Shown piece by piece: positions 54,401 to 63,950 of a DNA stretch of 64,000 nucleotides. The notes under the pieces are model-generated. The model had not been told where the DNA came from. It saw only the letters and a list, made by a program, of their open reading frames with translations, and did not search any database. The translations under genes were made by a program, and so were the position numbers. Each line of letters starts with the position of its first letter. Within the stretch, counting starts at the first letter, position 1. Location: NCBI GenBank assembly GCA_976551045.1, contig CDPCPM010000231.1:62001-126000 (forward strand), read 5' to 3'. Origin of the DNA: Glaucostegus cemiculus (Eukaryota).

Positions 54401-57400
54401 GATGCCACTGTCTCCATTTTCCTGGGCTTTCTTCTCTTCTTGATTCCTGCTAAGAAACCATCTCTCTCCTGTTTTGGTGGGGAGGACAACGGTGAGTTCT
54501 GATGAGCAAGCTGCTGGCCTCTCCTCAGTCTGGTGCCAGCTCCTCCGCACCACACATTACAATGACATTTGAAACATGACCATGGTGAGGTGTTGAGGTG
54601 GTTTTAAACCTGCTAATTTCTTTTGTCTTATGCAGATGAGGAAAGTGCAAAGGACTTAAAGAATCTGAATAAGTCAAAGGAACCCAATCCGCTGGCACCA
54701 CTGATAAACTGGAAAGACTTTCAGAAGCACATGCCCTGGGAAATTGTCATCCTAGTTGGAGGAGGCTATGCCTTAGCTGCGGGCTGCAAGGTAAAGACAG
54801 GCATGAGCGGTAGTAAGTGTTCAACATGCTTCAGAACTTTTACCCTTGTGAATGGGCATGAGGAGGCAAATCAGCTTAGCCTGGCACAGGCAGTTGGTGA
54901 AAGTCTCTGCTTCACACCACAGAAAGTGATCAGATAATAGAATGCTCTTTTGGCCCTATCAAACTACCTAGCAAGCCTGTAAGATGCTTTTATAGATGGC
55001 AACTAAACTGATGAAGTAACTCAATGGACTTGCCCAACTGTAAGGGATATGAAATGAAATGTATCTCTTCATTTCATATTGGGCACCCTGCTGGCTGAAC
55101 CTGTGGATAAGAAGGAACAGTCTAGGGAAGGACTATGTTATCAGACGAGGTCTTCCTTACTCCAGGGCGGTACATAGATGAAACTGTTGTTCAGTTGTTC
55201 AGTCTACCAATTAACTAATTGAACTCTCAGTTGTGTTGCATGAGCATCATTTAGGTGTTTTATACCATCATACGGTCTTTGTGTTTCCTGAACAAGGCAT
55301 TGTTTTCTACAATCTGCAGCTCTCTCCTTTATCAGCACAACTCTTTATTGAATTTATCTCTCTCCCTTCAGGTCTCTGGCCTATCAGATTGGATTGGACG
55401 TCAAATGGAACCAATGAGTAATCTCCCACCATGGGCTGTTACATTAATTGCATGTCTTTTGGTGTCTGTTGTCACTGAATTTGCAAGTAATCCAGCTACC
55501 ATCACAGTTTTTCTACCTATCCTCTCCACTTTGGTGAGTCTATACTGAGTAGTGGCCATGTATACTCTGAATATCCTGTATGATACTGAACTAAGTTACT
55601 CTAATTCCCACTTTGTTGCAAAATTTAGAGCATGAGTAGGCCATTCATCCCTTTGATCCTGTTCCACCATTCAATGAGTTCATGATTGATCTGCACCCTA
55701 ACTCCATCTCCTTGCTTATGCCCCAACTCTTAATATGCTTGTCGAAAAGAAATAATCAATTTCCTTTTTGAAGTGTTTGAATTGGCAGAACCTTCGTACG
55801 ATTTTCAGCAGAGGGTTGTGGACCTATGTTAAGCTCTTGATGTGCAACAGAGTAATTAATTAATGCCAGCAGTGCTCTCTCACCTTTTATCAGGCCTGTG
55901 GGTGCACATGGAAACAAAATGTGGAAAGCATTGCATTCTCAGCAACTGGCACCCTGAAAAGTATTACCAAAATTTAAGAAAAATTTAATTGGTTCCCCTG
56001 TTTGTGACTCAGCTCCCCATCATGAGGAGGTGAAACCTCCTCAAAGCTAAGGTAATTTATCACTGAGGAACTGAAGTGGAGTTTGCCTGGTAAAGGCTTT
56101 GTGAGACATGTGTGCACAGGTTTAAATTTTACAGCTGAGAATATTAGGGTTCTGCGCCCCCACAGTTAAAGCAAGAAATTTACTATTGCATCAGTAGAGA
56201 GAATCTGTGGGAGAGAAATGTTCAGCACTAGAAGATACTATTGTGTGAAGTTACCAAAACACTCTCCCACAGGGTGGTGGTTCCCCTTTTAAAGAATTCC
56301 ATTTCATTGTGCAGCATGTCATGAAGGCTAGAGATGTTTTCCTCATTGCTGAGGCTTTGAAGTGCTTTAAAGTGAAAGAGGAGATGAGATGTCGCAGCTC
56401 CATTGCACCTTCCAGGTGACTTCTGGAGTTTCTCCTACTGACACAGGCCCAACGATCCTCGAGAACTGAGGCACAAGTTACATTATCCTGCTCTCTCCAA
56501 GAATCTAAAAACAACCTCAGTATTTTATTATTCTTTACAATAAACCATAAGCTACTCCTGAAGTGCTATTACTTTGTCCTTAACACTTGCTTTCTGTGTT
56601 CCTTGTAGTCTGAAACGCTGCAGATAAATCCACTGTACACATTGATACCAGCCACAATGTGTGTGTCATTTGCTGTGATGCTGCCTGTTGGTAATCCACC
56701 AAATGCCATTGTCTTCAGCTATGGGCACTGCCAAATTCAGGACATGGTAAGGCACACATGGGTCTGAAATTCACCCTTTGTTGCACAATCTAGTGTCAAT
56801 CACACATTGTACTCCACTTCCAAAACACTGAATATTTATCCCTTCATCTTTATAAGCATAGGAAGAGGATTGGGAATAAATGATCAAGAGTTTACTTCTT
56901 TCTCAATGTGTATCACCTGTAATGATGGAACAATTAGTTATTACTTCAGAGTCAGAGTGACAAACTAACCTACACTTTGAAATTATTTTGAAGTCATATT
57001 TTATGTATTAGAGAGGCTTCCTAATTGGCAAAGTTATGAGTAACTTTACTATAGATTGGGTTAGTAGCAATACTAACCCAATAATTCCTCCTCCAATTCC
57101 TGAAGTATACACAGGGTGGTTTTCTGGAACAACATAATACCCATTTTCAGGCCATACTGAGCACGGTTAGTAGAGTGGTTCAGGAAGCAGGCCACTAGAT
57201 TAAATGGTGAAAGACTTTGTGTTCCAAATTTGTGTACTTTTTTTTTGTTGACACTTTGTCAGCAGCTCCAATTGATCCAGAGTATGCACATACAGAGAGG
57301 GAGAACTTAGAACTGATGTCAATAGTGAGGACACGTATTGACAGAGCGAGTTGGAGACCAGTGAATGGCAGTTCTACTTTGACATAGAATTGTTTTGGTT

Positions 57401-58171
57401 TGAACACTTTCATTGAAACTTGCAAATTTCTGACAAGACTGGACAGACTAGATGCAGGAAAGATATTCCCATTGACAACATTCACAGTCTAAGGATACAG
57501 CATAGGCCATCTAGGAATGGGAGGAGGAGATACTTTTCACCCAAAGAGTGGTGAACCTTTGGAATTCTCTACCACAGAAGGTAGCATTGACTCAATGGGC
57601 TGATAAATTAACAATATCTACCTCAGTAATTCCAGTACAAACAGTCCCATTGTGTGCAAGTGACATGCCTATGTTCTAAAAGCTAAGGTTGTGCTGAACT
57701 GTGCACGCAGCCAGCTCACATAATACAAGTTTCAGGCTATACTGAGCACGGCTACATGTGTAATGGTTCAGCACTAGATTAAATGGTGAACGACTTTTGT
57801 CCCATGTTTGTGTACTACTGTTTCTGTTACCAATCTGATTGATTTTGTTTGTCAGCAGCTTCACCTGCAGTGTATGCACTCACATAAGGGGAAGAACTTA
57901 GAACTGATCTCAATAGTGAGAACACTTTGAATCAGAATTGTTTTGATGATGACTTTTGACTTGGAGCTCTGAATAGTGAATTAAATGTTTCCCAAGACTA
58001 TGCCTACACTAAAGTCCCACTACTGTGTTTCAGGTGAAAGCTGGCTTCGGAGTGAACGTGATTGGGGTGGTCGCTGTGATGCTGGCCATCACCACCTGGG
58101 GATCTCCTCTCTTCCAGCTGGAGCAATTCCCTAAATGGATCCCAGGGAGCAACACAACAGGAGGCTTTTAA
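1107..58171 (+). CDS. slc13a4: Solute carrier family 13 member 4 (Na+/sulfate cotransporter NaS2/SUT-1); spliced CDS of 15 exons, about 622 aa
   Basis: All exons have GT-AG ends and join in phase (99+132+137+206+49+55+167+120+102+102+107+155+162+138+138 = 1869 nt). The translation closely resembles vertebrate SLC13A4 as recalled: CAYVLIVTAVYWVSEAVPLGAAA, WLSNTSTTAMVMPI, GCNFKETCSLSKK, GYRTDATVS, MLPVGNPPNAIVFSYGHCQI. Confidence 0.95.
1680..2025 (+). mobile_element. CR1-type LINE 3' fragment
   Basis: Translates to RGIDRV...TRGHGFRVKGERFKGNFFTQRVV...FKNKLDKYM, typical of the CR1 ORF2 C-terminus, followed by the 3' tail. Confidence 0.85.
2492..2665 (+). mobile_element. Penelope-derived short element with tandem hammerhead-like motifs
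   Basis: CTG(A/G)TGA...GAAA/CAAAA...GTC-GACT motifs followed by the gatgctgcctgacctgctgagttcctccagca segment that recurs elsewhere in the window. Confidence 0.7.
2532..2567 (+). ncRNA. Minimal type I hammerhead ribozyme-like motif
   Basis: Stem I AGTC/GACT, core CUGAUGA at 2536-2542, imperfect stem II, GAAA at 2556-2559, GUC triplet at 2561-2563. Confidence 0.6.
5585..5850 (-). mobile_element. Tx1-like LINE reverse transcriptase remnant
   Basis: Minus strand reads IPESEGTQVRASLYMDSV...YEHFKLALGARVN, resembling the Tx1 RT region (LYMDD...FELASGAKVN). Degenerate. Confidence 0.65.
9440..10330 (-). mobile_element. RTE-clade LINE remnant (endonuclease C-terminus and linker)
   Basis: Minus-strand pieces QRDKH...RDHKDV...GDDCWIDH, then KHQD...ENDQEIQE...FFSTVRAIYSP...WKEHF across frameshifts. 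Confidence 0.7.
10940..11250 (+). mobile_element. CR1-type LINE 3' fragment
   Basis: ttttttatccagagagtggttggggcatggaatgc...gggtcgaagggcctgtattgtgctgtactgttctatgt tail. Confidence 0.8.
11500..11800 (-). mobile_element. V-SINE-like element, degenerate
   Basis: gaaacccacacattcacacagagaacgtgcaactcc segment shared with the other SINE copies in the window. Confidence 0.6.
12735..13070 (-). mobile_element. V-SINE-like element
   Basis: gagcacctggaggaa...gagaacgtgcaaactcc...cagacagcacc core with a CR1-like tail. Confidence 0.65.
14090..14470 (-). mobile_element. CR1-type LINE 3' fragment
   Basis: Reverse tail catagagtcatagagtaatacagcatggaaacaggc followed by the reverse ORF2 end. Confidence 0.8.
15360..15745 (+). 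mobile_element. CR1-type LINE 3' fragment
   Basis: ORF RGVKFKGDVRGKLFTQKVVGAWNALPGVVVEA...LDRHM plus tail. Confidence 0.85.
16430..17460 (+). repeat. Degenerate tandem repeat, unit about 41-42 bp
   Basis: Recurrent unit resembling tgtgcagttgctgtggttatatattggattgcccagacacag, roughly 20-25 decayed copies. Confidence 0.75.
17604..17735 (+). CDS. slc13a4: slc13a4 exon 2 (PEAQCAYVLIVTAVYW...GVLKASE)
   Basis: Acceptor ttttatttttcag, donor GTAAGA, phase 0/0. Confidence 0.95.
18455..18745 (-). mobile_element. tRNA-derived V-SINE
   Basis: Minus strand has A/B box-like cagtagtgtagcagttag...gggttcaattc and the V-domain ggtttcctccgtgtgctccagttt. Confidence 0.75.
20712..20935 (+). repeat. Direct duplication of about 90-100 bp (period about 125 bp)
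   Basis: gttgggat(c/t)actactcagatctcc...gaggaagtatcct...ccagtcttgtaccagtgt occurs twice. Confidence 0.85.
22620..23450 (+). mobile_element. Old, internally deleted CR1 LINE
   Basis: Degenerate CR1 ORF2-like segments (caggtacagcaagcagttcagaaggcaaatg...) ending in a CR1 tail. Confidence 0.6.
26400..27080 (-). mobile_element. Ty3/Gypsy LTR-retrotransposon pol (RT) remnant
   Basis: Minus strand reads DYKPPVNQAL...LTGGQQFTKLDMSSARQQIVL...NILVRG...NLEEVLSRLEKAGLCL, similar to Gypsy RT, with frameshifts and a decayed YxDD. Confidence 0.75.
27110..27435 (+). mobile_element. Deu-domain SINE (SacSINE1/AmnSINE-like)
   Basis: gcactgtcagaggtgcc...gtggacatggaggatccc...cattggctgtaaag matches the recalled Deu-SINE core and tail. 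Confidence 0.7.
27746..27885. repeat. Near-perfect inverted repeat (58-bp arms, 24-nt loop), Penelope-derived palindrome
   Basis: 27746-27803 is the reverse complement of 27828-27885 with one mismatch. Confidence 0.9.
28130..28290. mobile_element. Penelope-derived element with an antisense hammerhead-like remnant
   Basis: Minus strand 28139-28170 reads CTGATGAAGGGTCTTGACCCAAAACATCAGC; plus strand has gatgctgcctgatctactgagttcctccagcag. Confidence 0.7.
29773..29887 (+). repeat. Direct duplication, 51-bp copies with a (CAC/CAA)-rich spacer
   Basis: caaccta(c/t)acgtgcccctctgaactcctgcaagcactttcccaaccaccac at 29773 and 29837. Confidence 0.9.
35965..36130 (-). mobile_element. CR1 3' tail
   Basis: acagaacataggaccgtacagcacaggaacaggcctttcagcccac... 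Confidence 0.75.
36231..36367 (+). CDS. slc13a4: slc13a4 exon 3 (VASEYFKDTTLLLIG...AGAKPG)
   Basis: Acceptor ccttttatacag, donor GTGAGT, EKWNLHRRIALR family motif. Confidence 0.95.
38426..38631 (+). CDS. slc13a4: slc13a4 exon 4 (LVLGFMCCTVFLSMWLSNTSTTAMVMPIAEAVL...)
   Basis: Acceptor tttttgcttacag, first SNT motif, donor G|GTGGGT. Confidence 0.92.
38657..38820 (+). repeat. Degenerate tandem repeat, unit about 38 bp
   Basis: taa(c/t)tcaca(a/t)t(g/t)act motif variants at about 38658, 38687, 38722, 38760 and 38798. Confidence 0.6.
39178..39500 (+). mobile_element. tRNA-derived V-SINE
   Basis: A box-like gtggtgcaacaggt, B box-like ggtttgatcc, then the V-domain. Confidence 0.7.
39829..39877 (+). 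CDS. slc13a4: slc13a4 exon 5 (EEENEKKQLELIYLKE)
   Basis: Acceptor ttattccttccag, donor GTAAGT, phase 1/2. LELIY resembles the recalled mammalian LELIF. Confidence 0.85.
41053..41114 (+). repeat. (GT)31 microsatellite
   Basis: Direct reading of the sequence. Confidence 0.98.
43830..44090 (-). mobile_element. Deu-domain SINE, degenerate
   Basis: Reverse of the core seen at 27110-27435 (gttgagggat...attggcc...ggacac...cacctgag...ggtttaac). Confidence 0.6.
45437..45491 (+). CDS. slc13a4: slc13a4 exon 6, variable cytoplasmic loop (NGMKKNQSDKEMLTKSERQ)
   Basis: Acceptor tttacttttctag, donor CAG|GTTTGT. Phase 2/0 bridges exons 5 and 7 exactly. Little homology support. Confidence 0.7.
48434..48466 (+). 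repeat. (AG)16 microsatellite
   Basis: Direct reading; ends about 50 nt upstream of the exon 7 acceptor. Confidence 0.97.
48518..48684 (+). CDS. slc13a4: slc13a4 exon 7 (GQSQPRKEYSSKYKTKRDHMICKCLSL...GTSTNLIFAEQFN)
   Basis: Acceptor ctctgtttcccaacag, donor GTAAGC. Confidence 0.93.
48940..49410 (+). mobile_element. Penelope-like retroelement 3' end (GIY-YIG remnant plus pseudo-LTR)
   Basis: KLDDCFAEHLHSV...GLLHC...LKELHL...SGLNIESNNFS* resembles the PLE endonuclease C-terminus. A decayed hammerhead motif follows near 49331-49372. Confidence 0.75.
50326..50445 (+). CDS. slc13a4: slc13a4 exon 8 (RYPESRSINFGTWF...WLFLGC)
   Basis: Acceptor ttcttatttcacag, donor GTAAGC. Confidence 0.95.
51635..52178 (-). 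mobile_element. Rex1/Babar-like LINE 3' fragment
   Basis: Reverse ORF end (SILTGCIM...IIKDPHHPGHAIFS) and a tail ending in tandem cttga repeats. Confidence 0.7.
53235..53796 (-). mobile_element. Rex1/Babar-like LINE 3' fragment
   Basis: Minus strand reads YRCTIESILSDCITAWYGNCSAQDRKKLQRVVDTAQHI...LPSGRRYRCLRA...LKDSFY, with an (accaat)n-type tail. Confidence 0.8.
53828..53929 (+). CDS. slc13a4: slc13a4 exon 9 (FKETCSLSKKRKT...EKLGPF)
   Basis: Acceptor cttttgttacag, donor GTAAGG. Confidence 0.95.
54040..54141 (+). CDS. slc13a4: slc13a4 exon 10 (YPEMVTGIFF...WFTREPGFVPGW)
   Basis: Acceptor tcttttccag, donor GTAAGG. Confidence 0.95.
54385..54491 (+). CDS. slc13a4: slc13a4 exon 11 (KGYRTDATVSIFLGFLLFLIPAKKP...)
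   Basis: Acceptor ccttttccttctag, donor GTGAGT. Confidence 0.95.
54636..54790 (+). CDS. slc13a4: slc13a4 exon 12 (...WKDFQKHMPWEIVILVGGGYALAAGCK)
   Basis: Acceptor ttttgtcttatgcag, donor GTAAAG. Confidence 0.95.
55372..55533 (+). CDS. slc13a4: slc13a4 exon 13 (VSGLSDWIG...TEFASNPATITVFLPILSTL)
   Basis: Acceptor tctctctcccttcag, second SN motif, donor GTGAGT. Confidence 0.95.
56609..56746 (+). CDS. slc13a4: slc13a4 exon 14 (SETLQINPLY...MLPVGNPPNAIVFSYGHCQIQDM)
   Basis: Acceptor tgtgttccttgtag, donor GTAAGG. Confidence 0.95.
57148..57950 (+). repeat. Diverged ~200-bp direct duplication flanking a CR1 fragment
   Basis: caggc(c/t)atactgagcacgg...cactagattaaatggtgaa...gaacttagaactgat(g/c)tcaatagtgag at about 57148 and 57733. 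Confidence 0.8.
58034..58171 (+). CDS. slc13a4: slc13a4 last coding exon (VKAGFGVNVIG...WIPGSNTTGGF*)
   Basis: Acceptor tgtgtttcag, stop TAA at 58169-58171, C-terminal N-glycosylation sequon NTT typical of SLC13 proteins. Confidence 0.95.
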   Translation: MKAGFGVNVIGVVAVMLAITTWGSPLFQLEQFPKWIPGSNTTGGF

Positions 58172-61100
58172 TCATGAGAGGTGGAGCATGAGGTGCAAGG
58201 AGAGTGCAAAGCAGATGTGAAGCAGCCTGGGAAACATTTGATTAATGATGGCCAACTAAAGAAGGGATCAAATCCAGCAAGAATCATTACCCAAAAAATA
58301 CATGATTCAGGAGCGCAGGGTGGAACCCATTCTGACTTGGCAGCTTTCAAATCAGGAGCATTTATTTTATCCCTTCGAGGACTTTTGCAGGTTTTTTTTT
58401 ATTCTGTCTTTGGGAAATATTCTTTCGGGCATGGAATTTCAAAGTTTATCTTAAAAAAATGTTTTTTTTCTAAGTTCTTCCAAAGGCAGTGATTCCTACA
58501 AAAACTCACTCCCATAGCCTTTAGCAGTTCCTGCCAATGAGCAGATTGATCACCATGTAAGAAACAAGATAAACGAGCAGGCAATTTGGCCTTTCAAGCC
58601 AGACCGGATCACACTCTTCCAACAGGGATTACTTAATGACAATCAGGAGCAGGAACCTTGGTGATTTTTCACTTTCAAACCTCAGCACACAAATGTTTTG
58701 ACCACTACACCTTCAGAGCTATCAATCTGCAACTGCAAAGGCTGGGGATTGCTGTGTCTGGTTCAATACTACACTTGGCTGCCACTGTTGATGTGTTATA
58801 TTTTATTGGTGGAGCAAATGGCTTTGAATTTCAATGGATGATAGTACTAACTATGCCCCGTTTAAGAGCAGAGGCAGTGATCAGTGAGCACTGTGAATCC
58901 AGATCTCCACAGTGATTTGTATCAGTGTGTGCCTGTGTCAGCCTAATATGCATGCATGAAACTTTCCGTAGCATTTCAGAGAATGCTGGCAGGTACACTG
59001 GATACAAAAGTGAGAAGCCTCCCTTTCTCACAGTGTTGTTGCGTCTATGTTGAAGATGGTTTTGCAGCACATACACTGAACTGCAGTGAGATCCAAAATT
59101 GGCTTAAGCTGCTCCAAAGTTGGTCTTTGTTTCAACAGATGGATGGTGTTTGAGGGCAGATTCTGTCAGAGCACAGCTTTTCTCAAAAATCCTTCTGTGT
59201 ACCAGCAAGGCCATGCCATTGCAGATCCTTTGTATATGCAGATTCAAGATTGCAGTACTTTTATAAAACAAAAATCAATATTTGTCTTTGTTTTTTTAAT
59301 CAGACTAAAGAAAAGAATAAACTTGTAGAACAAGGTGTAGTTGGCATTTCAGTGATAAGTGTTGGGACCAATTTTATTAATGTGCCTCAGTTCATAACAG
59401 CTATAACAAAATTTTAAATTATGAGAAATGGAAGATGAGTTAAGGAGTGTGAATCATTCACCTCTTCAACAGGAACATCACTTTTCTGTGTTAGATCTAA
59501 TGCAAAATGAGTCTAAATCTCCCTCCACTTGGATGTAACACAAAATGGCCCCATCTTACACTCAAAGTATTTTTGGAACAGCAATTTCATAAAATTGACT
59601 GGTATAAAGAGCGGGAGATGGGTTGTTCATCCGATAGAGGTTGCCTTTTGAAGTTATGGCTGAGACACAGTGTGAGAGTAAAGGTAAGGAAAATAGCTTT
59701 ATATCTAATGGGGACCACATGCCTTCTGTTGCTTAAAATAGGAAGCTGCTTCATTCTCTAGTATCAATGTGTTTTACCCCAGCATAAAATTCCATCATTC
59801 TCATGTCCCTAAAAATTTATTTATGAAATATGAGTTTCAGGTTGTAATGTCTTGAAAATCTTAATCACAGAGAAGTGGCTGTCCATCCAGTTAAGATGTA
59901 CTCAGGAAACATGAAAACCTGCTCTCTTCCGTTTTAAAACTTTTCACTTTTGGGCAAAGGTTTGAGAAGGAAATTTTACCTATCGAAGATATCCTATCCC
60001 ACCAAGAAACATTACTTGCATAGCTCTCTTAGTTCCATCAAGCAGCAATAGATACATCACCATACCAAAAGGAGAGCTTCCATAAACTGTGAATTCCTAA
60101 TTATCAAATATACATTGGTGACTTATTGCTCAGTATCTATGCATTGGAGAAACAAGCAAACAAGTAAATAAGCAAGCTGTCTGGACACCATCATTACAGA
60201 GCCAAATTATTGATCTGTGTCAGTTACCTGTGATGCTCCAGATCACCATGTACTGTTGGCTAAATAAGCTCTATTGAGTGTTCTATTCACGTAGCACCTG
60301 TGGGTGAGCTGCCACCATTGGTTCTGAAGCTTCTGCTAGTTCTGATTCTAACATACATAGATATTGACTCTTTTCTAGCCCAGTGTTGTTCATTAAAGAC
60401 AGAAACAGATTATTTCACAATGTTCTCAGCAGTTGAGGTGGCTGGCAATTGTTTTTATGCTCCCTTCAGGTCTAATTTAATGACTCGCCAGAAAAACAAA
60501 AGTAAGGCGTATTTGTTGTTAGTTCCTCGGCAATAAACCTCTCCATGAACTCATTGCTTCAATTCTACACATGGCATCATGAGTGCTTTAATGCAGTAAT
60601 TAATCTGTCTCGTTTGCCAAATAGGATCTTATTCGTGACAATAAAGTCCATTCCCCCAACAAAAGATCTGTATCTACAATATATTTAGTGAAAGTTAAAG
60701 GGCTCATTGTATTTCTGGCCAATAGTGGACAATAATTTTGTCCACTATTGAATGAACAATAATTTTGTTCATTCTGCAGAGTCGATCTTTTCACTTTTAT
60801 AGACTTGACTACATGATCTTTCATCACAGCACTGAAAATTTGTTCTGTCGAGTAAATGGCAGTTTGAGGCACCATTTGTGACAGCTTCAGGATTTGAACC
60901 AGAGGAGCCACCCTTACCCCTTCCACTCCTGTCCTCTTTCTATCCCTTCAACATTCCCAGACTGCATAAAGGCAAGGAAAAATGTAATCTTTGGTCATCA
61001 GTGCTAAACGTCCGCAAGCATTTCAGCCACTGGTTGTACTGACCTTTTGATAGTCAGTTCCTTTGACTTAAATGGAACCAAATGTTGGGAATGGGACACA

Positions 61101-62940
61101 GAGACCAGTGTTTTCACATGTGTTTAGTGCTAATGACCAGAGGCAGATCTCTCCCCACAGTTTCTGCTGTTCTTCCTTTCATCAACAACAACCAGCCTCT
61201 CCTAGAAATTCAAAATCTGCTTCTTCTCCTGAATACGTGATTCTACTGTAGGAATGTAAATTGAAACTGGAATAAAGGAGCCAAAGTGCCCTGCTCTCTT
61301 TGAAATTTGCACATGATTTTTTTTTATTTTTTTGGAAGTTCAATAAAGATACCTATAATTGCAAACCATTCTCCAGTTTGGATGTACATTGATCTTTTAC
61401 CATCACATGGACGTAATTAACTGTGGATCTTGGCATGACCTAATGCGTGAACGTACAGGCTGTTTGACTGATACTCATTAGCTCACCATCTGGGTATTAC
61501 TGCCTGATTAAATTCTTATTGTTCCAGTACATGAACTATATTAAGACAGCTGCACAGCCTTGGTCAAAAGCATGGTCCTTTCCAATTTGACTTTGTGTAA
61601 GAGGATGAGAGGACTCACATTTAAGTCTTAGATACTTCATAAAGAATGAAAGCATGCATCAAAAAGCAAACTTTCAATATTCTGACATTAAATATTTACA
61701 TGAATTTAGGGTTTCAAACACCAATGAATAAATGTCAAGCATCACAACTCTTTTGTGTCCTTTATGTCTGGATTTATATGGTGAATTGGATCAATAAATC
61801 TTACAGTCAAGCTTCTAATTCAGATGCAGTTGAGAAATTGCACTCAGATTGCATCTGAAATGCAGTTGGTTAAACTACCACTGAGGTTGCCCTTAAAATT
61901 TGTTTGCATAATGTGTATAAAATCTACCATAATCCAGTGTACTCAGGCTAAGAAATAAAACCAAGTCATTTTCTTTTTTTCTTTCTTTAAAGAGAAAATT
62001 GTGATGTATTTTAGAATGGTGACCTAGTGTAGGTTTCTAAAAACACCTGAAAATATGTTTATCAATAAAAGCACTTTTTAATTCTCCTCCTGGGAGTAAC
62101 ACAATCTAAAAATCACAAGATGTCACATTGTTTAGGAAAACTGCACTGAATAATTCCATCACCATAGTCTATTAAGTTTGTTAATCATTTCAATATTTTT
62201 GGCATGTAAAGCTTTGAAACATACCTACTCGTGTCTGTGCCAAAGAAAACACATGCATTTGCAAAAGCTCCTGAATTCAAGACCTTCAGTGGTGTCACAT
62301 GATTTTGACTTAGGATACCATTGGTTTATGGATGGAACCTGCTCCATACATTTGAACATGTGTAAAACATTACAGAAGACCAAAATGCAAGTGATTTTGT
62401 ATAACTCAAGTTTAAAATTCCCCTATCTTTGGCACTCCTTCAAATGATAGTATAAAACTGATAGAATCTCCATGTTCTGATCTTTAATCTGGAGGGTTGG
62501 GAAATGAAATCAGAGAGTGGATGCCAAATATTTGATCTCAACAATCTTTTCTACCTTTGAGTGAGTGTATTAAGTCAGGTACACTGCAGAAAGGGGTAAG
62601 GCCAGTGGAATAGTTTTGCCTACCTTTTGCCAAGTTTACAACTTGAGCTTTGAACATGCTAAGTTATTGAATGCACTCCACCTCACAACTCATGGAAATC
62701 AGTGAAAAAGCAGGGAAGAATTTCCTGTCATTTCTGTGATAGTGCTGGGAGGTAACATCACACAATAAATGTGCTACACTTGTCATTGTCATTAATGCAG
62801 CCCATCCACTGGAAAACAGGTCAATGGAATGCTGTTGTGACCTTTGCTGATGGCATCATGGCATTCTGGCTCTTTTCTCTTGGAACATAGAACAGACTTT
62901 GTTTTGAAATCCCATTTAAATCTTAAATTTAAAAAAAAAA

Positions 62941-63180
62941 TTATTTACAGCGTGGTAACAGGCCCTTTTGGCCCAACAAGTCCATGCCGCCCATTTTAAA
63001 CCCCCAAATTAACCTACCCATACGTCTTTTTTTAGAATGTGGGAGGAAACCGGAGCACCCGGAGGAAACCTATGCAGACACAGGAGAACGTACAAACTCC
63101 TTACAGTCAGTGATGGGAATCGAACCCTGATCGCTGGCTCTGTAGCAGCATCACGCTAACTGCTACGCAATCGTGCCACC
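62941..63180 (-). mobile_element. tRNA-derived V-SINE with CR1-like tail
   Basis: Minus strand ggtggcacgattgcgtagcagttagc...gggttcgattccc, V-domain, tail gggccaaaagggcctgttaccacgctgtaaataa. Confidence 0.85.
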
Positions 63181-63379
63181 AGATTTCTGCTGAGGCTATT
63201 TAATCACTGCTCCAAGGTGAGCCTGATAAATGAAGCTGATGTCAGGTTCATTGAGAATAAAAGTCTGACGTGCAAAAGCAAGTAAATACACAATATTGGT
63301 GATTTAAAGCAAGGTTATTTTTGTATATTATTTATTTCTATCAGTGGAAACAGGATAATGACATAAAGATGGGGCGTTT

Positions 63380-63950
63380 GGGAATGGTAATGTAGGGGTT
63401 ATGCCATCAGACTAGTAAGCCAGCAGTTTGGAATAATGATTCAGAAGATATGAGTTCAAATCCCACCATGACAGCTGAGATATTTTTCAATTCAATTTTA
63501 TTTACAGCGTGGTAACAGGCCCTTTCGGCCCAACAAGTCTGCGCCGCCCATCTTAGACCCCCAAATAAACCTATCCGTACGTCTTTTAGAATGTGGGAGG
63601 AAACCAGAGCACCCGGAAGAAACCCACGCAGACACGGGAGAACTTACAAACTCCTTACAGTCAGCGACGGGAATCAAACCCTGATCGCTGGCTCTGTAAC
63701 AGCGTCGCGCTAACCTCTATGCTATCGTGCGGCCCTCAATATTTAAACCTAGTTAATTTAATACACTTCCATTATCGCTGTGGAGGACCAGGAACATAAT
63801 TGCTGCAAAATCCTACTGGTTCACTGTGTCATTTAAGAAAGGAAATCTACTGTTCTTACTTAATCTGGCCTTTATGTGACTCCTGGACCACTACAATATG
63901 GATGACTCTCGACAGCTTTAATAAATAGTCCAACAAGCCATTTGCTTCTA
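63380..63950 (+). mobile_element. Older tRNA-derived SINE interrupted by the V-SINE
   Basis: Head ...gactagtaa...gagttcaaatcccacc before 63480; body resumes ...ctactggttcact...tctggcct...gtgactcc after 63740. Confidence 0.55.
63497..63735 (-). mobile_element. Second copy of the same V-SINE subfamily
   Basis: Highly similar to 62941-63180. Confidence 0.85.
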
